The notes: generated by a model not told the origin, from the letters alone. Shown: positions 36,940-47,409, counted from the stretch's first letter. The stretch is 64,000 bases of DNA from an uncultured Gemmatimonadales bacterium (GCA_963798845.1 CAWCUS010000005.1:64001-128000); one strand, 5' to 3'. Translations and numbers: made by a program.

Positions 36940-36957
36940 CGTGGAGCGGCCGCCTCG

Positions 36958-37836
36958 CTACAGGACGGCCTGGATGAGCTCGACCACGTCCGAGGGACGC
37001 TTCATCACGGCAATGCCGTTGTCCTCGAACGCCTGCATCTTCTCGGCGGCGGTGCCGGCCGAGCCGCTGATGATGGCGCCCGCGTGGCCCATGCGTCGTC
37101 CCGGAGGCGCCGTTTGCCCGGCAATGAACCCGACCACGGGCTTGCTCATGTGCTCCTTCACGAACGCGGCGGCGTTCTGCTCATCCGTCCCGCCGATCTC
37201 GCCGATCATGACCACGGCGTCGGTCTCGGGATCGGCTTCGAATGCGGTGAGCGTGTCGATGAAATTGGTGCCGATGATCGGGTCGCCGCCGATTCCAATG
37301 CAGGTGCTCTGGCCGATTCCGGCCTGCGTCAGCTGGTAGACCACTTCGTAGGTGAGCGTGCCCGAGCGAGACACCACGCCCACGCGCCCCTCGCGCACGA
37401 TGGAACCGGGCATGATCCCCACCTTGGCCTTCCCCGGCGACAGGGCGCCCGGGCAGTTGGGACCGAGAAGGCGGGCGCGCCGCTCCTGCACGTACGGGTA
37501 GACGCGCGTCATGTCGAGGACCGGGACCCCCTCCGTGATCGCCACGATGAAGTCCACACCGGCGTCGGCGGCCTCCATGATCGCGTCCGCCGCGAACGGG
37601 GGCGGGACGTAGATCACGCTGGTGTTGGCGCCGGTCTCCTTCACGGCGTCGGCGACGGTGTCGAAGATGGGGACGGGCTGTGGCCCGTCGTCGAAGGTCT
37701 GCCCGCCCTTGCCCGGCGTAACCCCGGCCACGACCCGTGTGCCGTACTCCATCATCTGGCGGGTGTGGAAGGACCCGTCGCGGCCGGTGATCCCCTGGAC
37801 CACCAGGCGGGTGTCGTTGTCAATGTATATCGCCAT
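36958..37836 (-). CDS. sucD: Succinyl-CoA synthetase alpha subunit
   Basis: [20 protein letters not shown] and RMGHAGA. Confidence 0.97.
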   Translation of the reverse strand: MAIYIDNDTRLVVQGITGRDGSFHTRQMMEYGTRVVAGVTPGKGGQTFDDGPQPVPIFDTVADAVKETGANTSVIYVPPPFAADAIMEAADAGVDFIVAITEGVPVLDMTRVYPYVQERRARLLGPNCPGALSPGKAKVGIMPGSIVREGRVGVVSRSGTLTYEVVYQLTQAGIGQSTCIGIGGDPIIGTNFIDTLTAFEADPETDAVVMIGEIGGTDEQNAAAFVKEHMSKPVVGFIAGQTAPPGRRMGHAGAIISGSAGTAAEKMQAFEDNGIAVMKRPSDVVELIQAVL

Positions 37837-37852
37837 GATTCAGAACTCAGTC

Positions 37853-37894
37853 CGAGTGCGTGTCCGGGTGCGAGTACGACCCCGAGTACGACGC
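37853..37894. repeat. Degenerate 6-bp tandem repeat (CGAGTR-like, 7 units) in the sucC-sucD spacer
   Basis: CGAGTG CGTGTC CGGGTG CGAGTA CGACCC CGAGTA CGACGC. Confidence 0.6.
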
Positions 37895-37901
37895 GGCGGT
37901 G

Positions 37902-39038
37902 TCAGCCGCCCGCCGCCACTTTCACTGCGCGCTCCACCACCTCGTCCATGGACGTGGAAGCACTGATCCCGGCCGTCTCGAGGATCCGCACGCCCGCCGC
38001 CTCGTTCGTGCCGGTCAGGCGGATGACGAGCGGAAGCTCGAACTTCATCCGGTCGATCGCGGCCACGATCCCGTTGGCCACGTCGTCGCAGCGGGTGATC
38101 CCACCGAAGATGTTGAACAGGATCACCTTCACGTTCGGGTCGCTCGTGATGATCTCCAGAGCGCTGATCACCTTCTCGGGGCTGGAGGAGCCGCCGATGT
38201 CCAGGAAGTTCGCGGGCTCTCCCCCGTAGAACTTGATGAGGTCCATGGTGGCCATCGCCAGCCCGGCGCCGTTCACCACCGCTCCGATGTTCCCGTCGAG
38301 CTTGATGTAGGTGAGGCTCGCCTCGCGGGCCTTGGTCTCCGACGGCGGCTCGGCCGAGGTGTCGCGCATGGCGTCGACGTCCTTGCGGCGGAACAGCTCG
38401 TTGTCGTCGATGTTCATCTTGGCGTCGATCGCCTTCACCTCCCCGCCCGGGGTCGTGATGAGCGGGTTGATCTCGGCGAGCGACGCACCGCTGTCGACGA
38501 AGGCGCCGTACAGCTGCCCCAGCGCGCGTGCCGCGGCGCGCTGCTGCTTCACGTCGTCGTAGAGGCTGGCGGCGAGCCTGTAGGCCTGGAACGGGAGCAG
38601 CCCGTAACGGGGGTCGACGCCGAGGCGCATGATGGCGTCCGGGTTCGTGGCGGCCACCTCCTCGATGTCCACGCCGCCCTCGCGGCTGACCATGAACACC
38701 GGGCGCTTCGATGCCCGGTCCACGATCACACCCACGTACGACTCGCTGGCGATGTCCTCTGCGGGCGTGACCAGGACCTTCTCCACGGTCAGCCCCTTGA
38801 TCTTCATGCCGAGGATGCTGTCGGCATGCGACTTCGCCTCGTCGGGCGATCTGGCCAGCTTCACGCCTCCGGCCTTCCCCCGGCCGCCCGCGTGAACCTG
38901 CGCCTTCACGACCACCGTTCCCCCGTACAGCTCGGCGAGGGAGCGCGCTTCGTCCGCCGTCCGCGCCACCTCACCGGGAGGCACGGGGAGGCCGTGCTCG
39001 CGGAAGATCTCCTTCGCCTGGTACTCGTGGATATTCAT
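37902..39038 (-). CDS. sucC: Succinyl-CoA synthetase beta subunit
   Basis: MNIHEYQAK, KAQVHAGGRGKAGG, NGAGLAMAT and NIFGGITRCD. Confidence 0.97.
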   Translation of the reverse strand: MNIHEYQAKEIFREHGLPVPPGEVARTADEARSLAELYGGTVVVKAQVHAGGRGKAGGVKLARSPDEAKSHADSILGMKIKGLTVEKVLVTPAEDIASESYVGVIVDRASKRPVFMVSREGGVDIEEVAATNPDAIMRLGVDPRYGLLPFQAYRLAASLYDDVKQQRAAARALGQLYGAFVDSGASLAEINPLITTPGGEVKAIDAKMNIDDNELFRRKDVDAMRDTSAEPPSETKAREASLTYIKLDGNIGAVVNGAGLAMATMDLIKFYGGEPANFLDIGGSSSPEKVISALEIITSDPNVKVILFNIFGGITRCDDVANGIVAAIDRMKFELPLVIRLTGTNEAAGVRILETAGISASTSMDEVVERAVKVAAGG

Positions 39039-39081
39039 CCTCTGCTGTCCCTTCGCAGATTGCTCCCGCCGCCGCGCCTGG

Positions 39082-40038
39082 CTACGGCAGGATGGTCGTT
39101 CCCGTGCGTCCCTCCACCACGTCGAGTCCGGCGTCCAGGCGCCCGATGTGGGCGGCCTCGCCGCCCCCCTCCACGAACGCCACGCACGCTTCCACCTTGG
39201 GCGCCATGCTCCCTTCCCCCAGCTCCTCCGAGGCGAGCAGCTCGCGCGCTTCGGCGACGGTCAGCCGGGAGATCAGGCACTGGCTCGGCTCTCCGAAATC
39301 GCGGTAGACCCCGTCCACGTCGGTCAGGATGACGAACTCCGTGGCGTCGATGTCGCCGCCCAGCACCTGAGCCGCACGGTCCTTGTCGATGACCGCGTCC
39401 ACTCCCTCGATCCCGAGCTTCGGGTCCATGTAAACCGGGCACCCGCCGCCGCCCGCAGCGATCACGATCGTGCCCTCCTCCACGAGGCGGCGGATCTGCG
39501 CGTGCTCCACGATCCGCAGCGGGAGTGGCGAGGCGATGAGCCGGCGCCAGCCGTTCGTCGTCTCTCGGACCGGAATCCCGCTCCGCTCCAGGTCGCGGGC
39601 CGTTTCCTCTTCCATGACCCGGCCGATGGGCTTCGCGGGCTCGCGGGTGGCCGGGTCCTCCGGATCCACCACCACCTGCGTGACGAGGGTGACCACGTCG
39701 CGCTTCACACCGAAGCGCTCCAGCGCGTTCTTCAGCGACTGCTGGATCATGTAACCGATCCACCCCGCCGTCCCCGCCACGAGGACCCCGACGGGGAGCG
39801 GCGGCAGCGTGGCGCGAGCGATCTCGTTCCGGCGCAGGTCGTCCCCGATCTGTGGCCCGTTGCCGTGAACGACGACGATGCGCCAGCCCTCCCGAGCGAG
39901 CGCCACCAGCGGCTCGAGGCTCGAACGGGTGTGGGCGAACTGCTCGTAGACGTCGCCCTTTCCGCCGTGCGGCTGGAGCGCATTGCCACCGAGTGCTACG
40001 ACAATGGTCCGGGCCTGTCTCGCGGGTCGCGACATCAT
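39082..40038 (-). CDS. arcC: Carbamate kinase
   Basis: VALGGNAL, HGNGPQIG, AGGGG.P, VIDKD, ILTDVDG and GSMAPKV; alternative start GTG 40098. Confidence 0.9.
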   Translation of the reverse strand: MMSRPARQARTIVVALGGNALQPHGGKGDVYEQFAHTRSSLEPLVALAREGWRIVVVHGNGPQIGDDLRRNEIARATLPPLPVGVLVAGTAGWIGYMIQQSLKNALERFGVKRDVVTLVTQVVVDPEDPATREPAKPIGRVMEEETARDLERSGIPVRETTNGWRRLIASPLPLRIVEHAQIRRLVEEGTIVIAAGGGGCPVYMDPKLGIEGVDAVIDKDRAAQVLGGDIDATEFVILTDVDGVYRDFGEPSQCLISRLTVAEARELLASEELGEGSMAPKVEACVAFVEGGGEAAHIGRLDAGLDVVEGRTGTTILP

Positions 40039-40109
40039 AACCGGGACCCCGGGCACCGGCAACCGCGCGAACAGCCCGATTTCGCGTACCCGCGCCACTT
40101 TCTCCTCAT

Positions 40110-42842
40110 CTATCCTCCGGCGGGGGACTGCCCCCCGTTCAACCGCTCGAGAATGCGCTCCAGCTCGTCCAGCGCCTGACCGTAGCCGGCCCAGTCCCCT
40201 GCACGGAGTCTCGCCTGGGCCCGGTTCAGGGCATCCAGCGCCTGGCGCGCGAGCGAGTCGCCCGTGCGGGCTGGCGGCCGGGGCTGTGGGCGGGCAGCGG
40301 CTTCACCGGCCGCGCGGGCCCGGAGCCCCTCGATCGCGGCGTCCAGGGTCGAGGCCATGGACACGGCGTGGCCGTCGCTCACGACCACGCGCCAGAGCTC
40401 GGGAATCGGATTCTCCTCGGCGCTGAGGAACAGCGGCTCGATGTACAGCACGGAGCTGTCGAGCGGGACCACGCGCATCCGTCCCATGTCGACGCCGCTT
40501 CCTCGCTGCCGGAGGAGAGAGAGCTCGGGTGAGATGATCGGGTCCTGCTCGATCATGGCCTGCACCTGGCCCGGCCCCGGCACCTGCTGGTCGCGGGGGA
40601 ACTCGACGAGCGTGAGACGGCCGTAGCTCTCCGCGTCGTTCCGGGCCACCAGGACGGCGGTCATGTTCTGCCGCGCCTGGGCGATGAACGGGAGGAGGGT
40701 CAGGAATCTCACGTCGTCCTCGCCCGGCGTCGGGACGAGGGCGTACAGCGGCCGCTGGCCTCCCTGCTCTGCGCCCGGCGACGTTCCCCTTGCCCGCTCC
40801 CAGACGTCCTGCCGGGAGTAGAAGGTCTCGACGCGCTGGACGTGGTAGTCCTGCAGGATCTCGGCCTGCGTCAGGAGCGCGAGCTCGGGATACCGCAGGT
40901 GCCGTTGCAGCTCCGCCGGCATGGCCGAGAGGGGGTGGAAGAGCCCCGGGTAGATGCGCGAGTAGGTGGCAAGCAGCGGGTCGTCGTCCAGGACCCGGTA
41001 GAACGTGACCTCGCCCGTGACGGCGTCCACCGCCGCCTTCACCGATGCGCGCAGGTAGCGAATGCGGCCGCGGCGGACGTTCACCACACGGGCCAGCGGG
41101 AAGGACGGCGACGCGGTGTAGCCGTCGATGAGCCAGACGATCTTGCCGCCCGTGATGACGGGGACCGGGTTCTCGTCCCAGGCCACGAAGGGCACGATTT
41201 CCGAAACCCGGTTGCGCACCGCCCGGCGGAAGAGGAGCCGGCTCTCCCTCGTCACATCGCCCGAGAAGAGGAGCGTCTCATCGCCGAAGCGCCAGGCGAA
41301 CGCGAGCACGCGCCAGAATGAGCTGAGGCGGATCCCGGCCGGGAAGTCCACTCCAGGCGTCCCCGTGAAGGCGCTGTCGCGTCCGGGGACCACCACGGCG
41401 TACTCTCCGGTAGCCTGCCCGAAGAACACGCTGGGCCGCTCCAGCCGCAGCCTGGGGGGAGCGGCGGGGTCCGTGATCAGCGGGTTGATGTTGCGGAGCC
41501 AGAGCTCCGGCGCGCCATCGCTGGCCCCTGTCGGGTGCGCGGGGGCCGCGACCGCACCCAGCCCCTGGATGTAGGAAGGGTTGAGGTGCAGGCTCTGCCA
41601 GGTCCTCGCCGCCGGATCGAGCCCGGACGGGTGGAACTCGCGTACACCGATCCCGACCTGCTGCTCTTCGCCCGGAGGACCGTAGCGATCGTAGTCCACG
41701 TCGGGGAACGAGTAGTATGGAAACAGGCTCTGCATCTGGATGAAAGCGCGCTGGAGCGGCTCGGGGTCCCAGAGCGGGACGCGGGCGAGGAGCGGACCGA
41801 CATGCTCCGGCGAAGGCGAGACTGTGGGACCGTAGGGAAAGCGCTGCCTCGCCATGTCTTCGAGCCCGTAGGCGCGGCGGGTGAAATCGAGGTTCCATCG
41901 GATATAGGGCGCTTCCCGGCTCAGCTCGTTGGGCTCCACCCGGAACTTCTGCACGGCCGCCGGATAGGCGACCCCGAGAAGGAGTCCGGTGAGGAGGAGG
42001 CCGCCCAGGGCGACGGTGGGTGGGACGAGCGCCTGTCGCAGCGCGCCGTAGACGAGCGCCACCGCGGCGCCGACCGAGAGCACCGCCAGGGTGGTATAGG
42101 CCGGGAGCCGGGCCTTCACGTCGGTGTAGCCGAGGCCGCCCCCCACCCCGTGCCCATCGATGAGCAGGAGGTATCGTCCCAGCCAATAGCGGACTGCCAC
42201 GAGGAGGAGAAGCGCGGCGACGAGACCCGCGGCGTGAAGGCGTGCCGCCCGGGCCATGTCGAGCCGGTTCTCCTGCCAGCGGATCCCGCCTGCCAGGACA
42301 TGGCCGAGCGCCACGAGTGTGAGGCTCCACACCGTCACGAGGATCAGGAAGCCGAGGGCGTCGAGGGCGAACGGGAGCGTGAAGATGTAGAAGCCGACAT
42401 CCTTCCCGAACAGCGGGTCCTGGAGCCCCCATGACACGCGTCGGAACCAGCTCGCGGCCGCCAGAACGGCGTGCTCGTCGAACTGGAGGGCCGCGAGCCA
42501 CCACCCGCCCAGGAGGGCGACGGCGACGGAGATCAGGCTCACCCAGCGGCGGGGTATGCGCTCGGCGATCTCCAGGTTTCCGTAGCGCCGCCGCACGCGC
42601 ACCGGACCGAGGTGGCGGAGGACCACCCAGAGGTTCAGGAAGATCAGGGCGGCGCCGACAAGGCCCGCCACGCCGCGCACAGCGAGGCGGAGCCAGAGGC
42701 GGGTCCAGAAAGGTCCGAGGTAGCCCACCTCCCGGTACCACAGGAAGTCCGTGTAGAAGCTCACGCCCGCGTGAGCGGCCGCGAACACGACGACGAGGGC
42801 GACTCCGGCCCCGATGAGGGCGCGGACTGCGCGCCGGCTCAT
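40110..42842 (-). CDS. UPF0182 family membrane protein
   Basis: DPLFGKDVGFYIFTLP, YTDV.ARLP, VEPNELSREAPYI..N..FTR.AYGL, WLIDGYT and YIEPLFL. Confidence 0.9.
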   Translation of the reverse strand: MSRRAVRALIGAGVALVVVFAAAHAGVSFYTDFLWYREVGYLGPFWTRLWLRLAVRGVAGLVGAALIFLNLWVVLRHLGPVRVRRRYGNLEIAERIPRRWVSLISVAVALLGGWWLAALQFDEHAVLAAASWFRRVSWGLQDPLFGKDVGFYIFTLPFALDALGFLILVTVWSLTLVALGHVLAGGIRWQENRLDMARAARLHAAGLVAALLLLVAVRYWLGRYLLLIDGHGVGGGLGYTDVKARLPAYTTLAVLSVGAAVALVYGALRQALVPPTVALGGLLLTGLLLGVAYPAAVQKFRVEPNELSREAPYIRWNLDFTRRAYGLEDMARQRFPYGPTVSPSPEHVGPLLARVPLWDPEPLQRAFIQMQSLFPYYSFPDVDYDRYGPPGEEQQVGIGVREFHPSGLDPAARTWQSLHLNPSYIQGLGAVAAPAHPTGASDGAPELWLRNINPLITDPAAPPRLRLERPSVFFGQATGEYAVVVPGRDSAFTGTPGVDFPAGIRLSSFWRVLAFAWRFGDETLLFSGDVTRESRLLFRRAVRNRVSEIVPFVAWDENPVPVITGGKIVWLIDGYTASPSFPLARVVNVRRGRIRYLRASVKAAVDAVTGEVTFYRVLDDDPLLATYSRIYPGLFHPLSAMPAELQRHLRYPELALLTQAEILQDYHVQRVETFYSRQDVWERARGTSPGAEQGGQRPLYALVPTPGEDDVRFLTLLPFIAQARQNMTAVLVARNDAESYGRLTLVEFPRDQQVPGPGQVQAMIEQDPIISPELSLLRQRGSGVDMGRMRVVPLDSSVLYIEPLFLSAEENPIPELWRVVVSDGHAVSMASTLDAAIEGLRARAAGEAAARPQPRPPARTGDSLARQALDALNRAQARLRAGDWAGYGQALDELERILERLNGGQSPAGG

Positions 42843-42843
42843 G

Positions 42844-44217
42844 TTACGGCTGGATCCCCTGTGCGCGGAGCCACCCTTCCATGGCCCCGCGGATGCGGTC
42901 GAGCTGCTCCTGCGTCCTCGCCTCGTAGCGGAGGACGAGGACCGGCTGCGTGTTGGAGGCCCGGAGCAGCCCCCAGCCGCCGTCGAAGAGGACGCGGGCG
43001 CCGTCCACGGCGATCACGTCGTGGTCCCGCGAGAACGCCTCGACGGCGCTGTCCACGATGTCGAACTTGCGCTCTTCCGGGACCTCCACGCGGATCTCCG
43101 GCGTGGACACGTACTTCGGGAAGTCGGCCGTGAGCGCTGACAACGGTCGGTCGCTGCGAGCCAGCAGGTCGATGAGGCGGCACGCGTCGTAGAGCGCGTC
43201 GTCGAAGCCATAGTAGCCGTCGGCGATGCAGATATGGCCGGACAGCTCGCCGGCCAGCAGCGCTCCGGTCTCCTTCATCTTCTCCTTGATGAGGGAGTGG
43301 CCCGTCTTCCACATGATCGGCTCACCGCCGTGCGCCGCCAGCACTTCCGGGAGAGCCTGGGAGCACTTGACATCGAAGATCACCTTCTGACCCGGACCCC
43401 GCCGCTCCAGCAGGTCGAGGCCGAAGAGCAGCAGCAGGATGTCGCCGCGGACCACCTGCCCGTACTCGTTCACGGCGCCCAGCCGATCCGCGTCGCCATC
43501 GAACGCCACGCCCAGCTCCGCGCCTTCGCGCTTCACCGCCTCGATCATGTCCGCGATGTACGCGTCCACCGTCGGATCCGGGTGATGATTCGGGAACGTA
43601 CCATCCGATTCGCAATAGAGAGGGACGACCTCGGCGCCGAGACGCTCCAGCAGCTTCACCGCCACCAGGCTCCCGGTCCCGTTGCCGCAGTCGGCGACGA
43701 CCTTCACGGGGCGTGAAAGCCGGAACCGGTCCGCGACGTCGGCGATGTAGTCGTCCAGCACGTCGCGCTCCTCGAGCGCGCCCTCGCCCTCGGCGAAGGC
43801 CCCGTCCAGGATCCGCCGCTTCAGGCCCTGGATGTCGGCACCGTAGAAGGAGCTGCCGTTCGCCAGCATCTTGAACCCGTTGTACTCCGGCGGATTGTGG
43901 GAGCCGGTGATCTGCATGCCCGCCTCCGTGCCGAAGCGCTGGACGGCCCAGTAGAGCGTGGGCGTCGGCACGGTGTTCACCAGAATGACGTCGACCCCCA
44001 CCTCGCGCAGCCCCGCGACCACTCCCGCGGCGAGCGACGGCGAGCTGGGCCGGTTGTCGTGCCCCACGGTGACGCGGAGGTCTGCGCGGCCGTCGTTGCG
44101 GGCCCGGAGCTCGCTGCCGAAGGCGCGGCCGATCAGCCGCGGCACCTCGCCGGTGAGGTCCGCGTCCACCACACCGCGGATGTCGTACTCGCGGAAGATG
44201 TGCTCGTTCAACGCCAT
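42844..44217 (-). CDS. Phosphomannomutase/phosphoglucomutase (AlgC-like)
   Basis: IFREYDIRG, ITGSHNP, FDGDADR and GELSGH. Confidence 0.93.
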   Translation of the reverse strand: MALNEHIFREYDIRGVVDADLTGEVPRLIGRAFGSELRARNDGRADLRVTVGHDNRPSSPSLAAGVVAGLREVGVDVILVNTVPTPTLYWAVQRFGTEAGMQITGSHNPPEYNGFKMLANGSSFYGADIQGLKRRILDGAFAEGEGALEERDVLDDYIADVADRFRLSRPVKVVADCGNGTGSLVAVKLLERLGAEVVPLYCESDGTFPNHHPDPTVDAYIADMIEAVKREGAELGVAFDGDADRLGAVNEYGQVVRGDILLLLFGLDLLERRGPGQKVIFDVKCSQALPEVLAAHGGEPIMWKTGHSLIKEKMKETGALLAGELSGHICIADGYYGFDDALYDACRLIDLLARSDRPLSALTADFPKYVSTPEIRVEVPEERKFDIVDSAVEAFSRDHDVIAVDGARVLFDGGWGLLRASNTQPVLVLRYEARTQEQLDRIRGAMEGWLRAQGIQP

Positions 44218-44307
44218 GTGTCCGTTCCGTTCAGGTCCAGCGTGCCAGTGAAAACGGGCCGCGGCCCCGCATGGGATTCCGGGACGCTCACGGCCCGGTG
44301 CGGGCGG

Positions 44308-45819
44308 TCAGGGGGCGGCGACGCCAGCGCTCAGCGGCGACCCGATGAGCGCGGCTGCCCCCGCGTGAGCGAGGCTCAGGAACCAGCTCGGGAAGATCCC
44401 GATGAGGAGCACCGCGACAGCGGCGAACACCAGCGCCGCGGCCACGCCCGAGGAGACCTGCACCGGTTCCGCCTCGCGGTCCTCCTCCGGCTCCCTGAAC
44501 CACATGTACCACGCCACTCGCAGGTAATAGTAGTACGACACCAGTGAGGCGAGGACGAGCGTGACGGCCAGCCAGATCTTGTCCCGCTCCACCGCCGCCC
44601 GCAGGATGGCGAACTTTCCCCAGAACCCGCCCGTGGGCGGGACGCCGGCCAGGCTGAGGAGGAAGATGGTCATGGTGACGCCGATGAGCGGCGCGCGCCA
44701 GCCCAGGCCCGCGTACTCGGCCAGCCCGAGCCGGAGCTCGTGCTTCTCGGCTACCAGGAACACCACCGCGAACGCGCCCATGGTCATGAGCGTGTACGCG
44801 ACGAGGTAGTACAGGAACGCCGCGGACCCCAGCACGTTCGCGGCCGCCACCGCAACCAGCAGATAGCCCGCGTGCGCGATGCTGGAGTACGCCAGCATCC
44901 GTTTCACGCTGTCCTCGCTCAGGGCCGTCAGGTTGGCGAAGATCATGGTGATGAACGCCAGCCCGGCCACCAGCGGGAGCCACGTCTCGTACAGGCCGAT
45001 GAAGCCCGTCATGAAGACTCGCAGGAACGCGGCGAACGCCGCCGCCTTCACGCCGGCCGCCATGAACGCCGTCACCGGGGCGGGCGCGCCTTCATAGGCG
45101 TCCGGCGTCCACATGTGGAAGGGCATGGCCGCCACCTTGAAGGCGAAGCCCACCAGGAGCAATGCCATCCCGGCCGTGAGCATGAGACCCGCGTCCATGC
45201 CGTCCACCCCCACCGCGTCGCGAATCACCGTGAGGTTCACGCTGCCTGCGCCGCCGTAGACCATCGCAATGCCGAACAGAAAGAACGCGCTGGAGAAGGC
45301 GCCCAGCAGAAAGTACTTGAGCGCCGCCTCGGCCGACCGGCGGTCCCGCCGGTTCACGCCCGTGAGGATGTAAACGGCCACGGACATGAGCTCGAGGCCC
45401 AGGAAGATGAGCATGAGGTCGCGCGTGCCCGCGAAGAACATCATGCCCACGGTGGCGAACAGGACGAGCACGAACATCTCACCGTGGCGCATCCGCTGTT
45501 CGTCGAGGTAGTGCCACGAGATCGCGACGAAAAGCAGGGCGGCGCCGAGGAACAGGTAGTTGGTGTAGATCCGGAACGCGTCCAGTGCGATTGGCCCCGC
45601 CGCTCCGGCCTCGTGCACGCCCAGCAGCCACGTATTGGCCGCGGCGGCGAGCAGGATTCCCAGCACCGTGAGCCACGCGACGGCCGGGTGGGCCGACTCC
45701 TGCCGGTCCCCGCGCTGGAACACGTCCACCATGAGCACGACCAGCGCCCAGCCGGAAAGGACGATCTCGGGCGCCAGTGCCCAGAAGTAGTCGAACGGCG
45801 ACGCGTAGCTAATCAGCAT
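44308..45819 (-). CDS. nuoN: NADH-quinone oxidoreductase subunit N
   Basis: EAALKYFLLG, FKVAAMPFHMWTPDAYEGAP and KRMLAYSSIAHAGY. Confidence 0.95.
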   Translation of the reverse strand: MLISYASPFDYFWALAPEIVLSGWALVVLMVDVFQRGDRQESAHPAVAWLTVLGILLAAAANTWLLGVHEAGAAGPIALDAFRIYTNYLFLGAALLFVAISWHYLDEQRMRHGEMFVLVLFATVGMMFFAGTRDLMLIFLGLELMSVAVYILTGVNRRDRRSAEAALKYFLLGAFSSAFFLFGIAMVYGGAGSVNLTVIRDAVGVDGMDAGLMLTAGMALLLVGFAFKVAAMPFHMWTPDAYEGAPAPVTAFMAAGVKAAAFAAFLRVFMTGFIGLYETWLPLVAGLAFITMIFANLTALSEDSVKRMLAYSSIAHAGYLLVAVAAANVLGSAAFLYYLVAYTLMTMGAFAVVFLVAEKHELRLGLAEYAGLGWRAPLIGVTMTIFLLSLAGVPPTGGFWGKFAILRAAVERDKIWLAVTLVLASLVSYYYYLRVAWYMWFREPEEDREAEPVQVSSGVAAALVFAAVAVLLIGIFPSWFLSLAHAGAAALIGSPLSAGVAAP

Positions 45820-47404
45820 TCGTCGCCTCCGTATCGTTCATCGCTTCCACGTTCACCGTGCCCATCTCTTCCGCGCCGAAGCGTCCCATCATCGGGATTC
45901 GGTTCTGCTCGACGTTCGCCACCAATTGCGTCACGCTCTGCTCGGTGCGCTCCAGGAACGGCTTCGGATAGACGCCCATCCAGAGCATGACCACCACCAG
46001 GGGCACCAGCACCGCGAGCTCGCGCCGGCTCAGGTCGGGCAGATGCTCGTTTTCGGGCTTGTCCAGCGGATTGTACCAGATCTTCTGGACCATCGGCAGC
46101 ATATAGTACGCGGCGAAGATGACGCCGCTCGCCGCAACCAGCGCCACCCACGGGTGCGTTTCGAAGGTCCCGATCAGGCTCAGGAACTCGCCCACGAACC
46201 CGCTCGTGCCGGGGAGTCCGATGCTGGCCAGCGCCGTGATCACGAAGATGGTGCCGAATGCCGGCATCACCGCCGCCAGCCCTCCGAAATCCGCGATGGC
46301 ACGGCTGTGCCGCCGCTCGTACAGCATCCCCAGCAGGAGGAACATGGCGCCCGTGGAGGCGCCGTGGCTGAGCATCACGATCATCGCGCCCTGGAGCCCC
46401 TGCACGGTCAGGGCGAAGATCCCGAGCACCACGAACCCCATGTGCGCCACGGACGTGTAAGCCACCAGCTTCTTCGCGTCCGGCTGCACCGCGGCGACCC
46501 ATGCCCCGTAGGTGATCCCGAGCAGGCCCAGCACCATCATCGTCATCACGACGGCCCCGTTCGTGGCTGCCGCCGGGAATAGCGGGAGCAGGAACCGCAG
46601 GAACCCGTATCCTCCCATCTTCAGGAGCACTGCTGCCAGGACCACGGAGCCGGGCGTCGGCGCCTCCACGTGCGCGTCGGGGAGCCAGGTGTGGAAGGGG
46701 AAGAGCGGGACCTTGATGGCGAAGGCCAGCGCGAACGCCCCGAAAAGCCAGAACTGCTCGTGATAGGTCAACGAGACGTGGAGCAGGTCCGCATAGGCGA
46801 AGCTCACACCGCCGGTGAGCGTCCTGTACTTGAAGAACAGGTACAGGATCGCCACCAGCATGAGGAGGGAGCCGATCGCCGTGTACAGGAAGAACTTGAT
46901 CGCCGCGTAGACCCTGCGTTCGCCGCCCCATACGCCGATGATGAAGTACATCGGCACCAGCATGAGCTCCCAGAAAATGAAGAAGAGGAAGAGGTCGAGG
47001 GATACGAACACCCCGATCACCCCCACCTGCAGCAGGAGCATCATGCCATAGAACGCGCGCTGTCGGATCCTGATGTACCGGTAGGAGCCGAGGATCGCCA
47101 ATGGCATCAGGAAGGTGGTGAGCAGCACCAGCAGCAGGCTGATGCCATCGATCCCCACACGGTAATAGATGCCCCAGGCCGAGATCCACGGCACCGCCGC
47201 GGCGAACTGGAACGCCGCCGTGGCGGTGTTGAACGCCCACCAGAGAGGCACGCTCACCACGAACTCGATCACCCCGACCGCGAACGCCACGTGCTTCGCT
47301 CGCTCCTCCGGTGCCGCCATGGCCAGGCCCATGCCCAGCAGGGGGAACCAGAGCAGGAAGTGGATCACCCAGCCGCCGTATCCGATCGCTTCCAGGAATC
47401 CCAT
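45809..47404 (-). CDS. nuoM: NADH-quinone oxidoreductase subunit M
   Basis: GIDGISL, FWELML.PMY and KVPLFPFHTWLPDAHVEAPT. Confidence 0.95.
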   Translation of the reverse strand: MGFLEAIGYGGWVIHFLLWFPLLGMGLAMAAPEERAKHVAFAVGVIEFVVSVPLWWAFNTATAAFQFAAAVPWISAWGIYYRVGIDGISLLLVLLTTFLMPLAILGSYRYIRIRQRAFYGMMLLLQVGVIGVFVSLDLFLFFIFWELMLVPMYFIIGVWGGERRVYAAIKFFLYTAIGSLLMLVAILYLFFKYRTLTGGVSFAYADLLHVSLTYHEQFWLFGAFALAFAIKVPLFPFHTWLPDAHVEAPTPGSVVLAAVLLKMGGYGFLRFLLPLFPAAATNGAVVMTMMVLGLLGITYGAWVAAVQPDAKKLVAYTSVAHMGFVVLGIFALTVQGLQGAMIVMLSHGASTGAMFLLLGMLYERRHSRAIADFGGLAAVMPAFGTIFVITALASIGLPGTSGFVGEFLSLIGTFETHPWVALVAASGVIFAAYYMLPMVQKIWYNPLDKPENEHLPDLSRRELAVLVPLVVVMLWMGVYPKPFLERTEQSVTQLVANVEQNRIPMMGRFGAEEMGTVNVEAMNDTEATNAD

Positions 47405-47409
47405 TCTGT

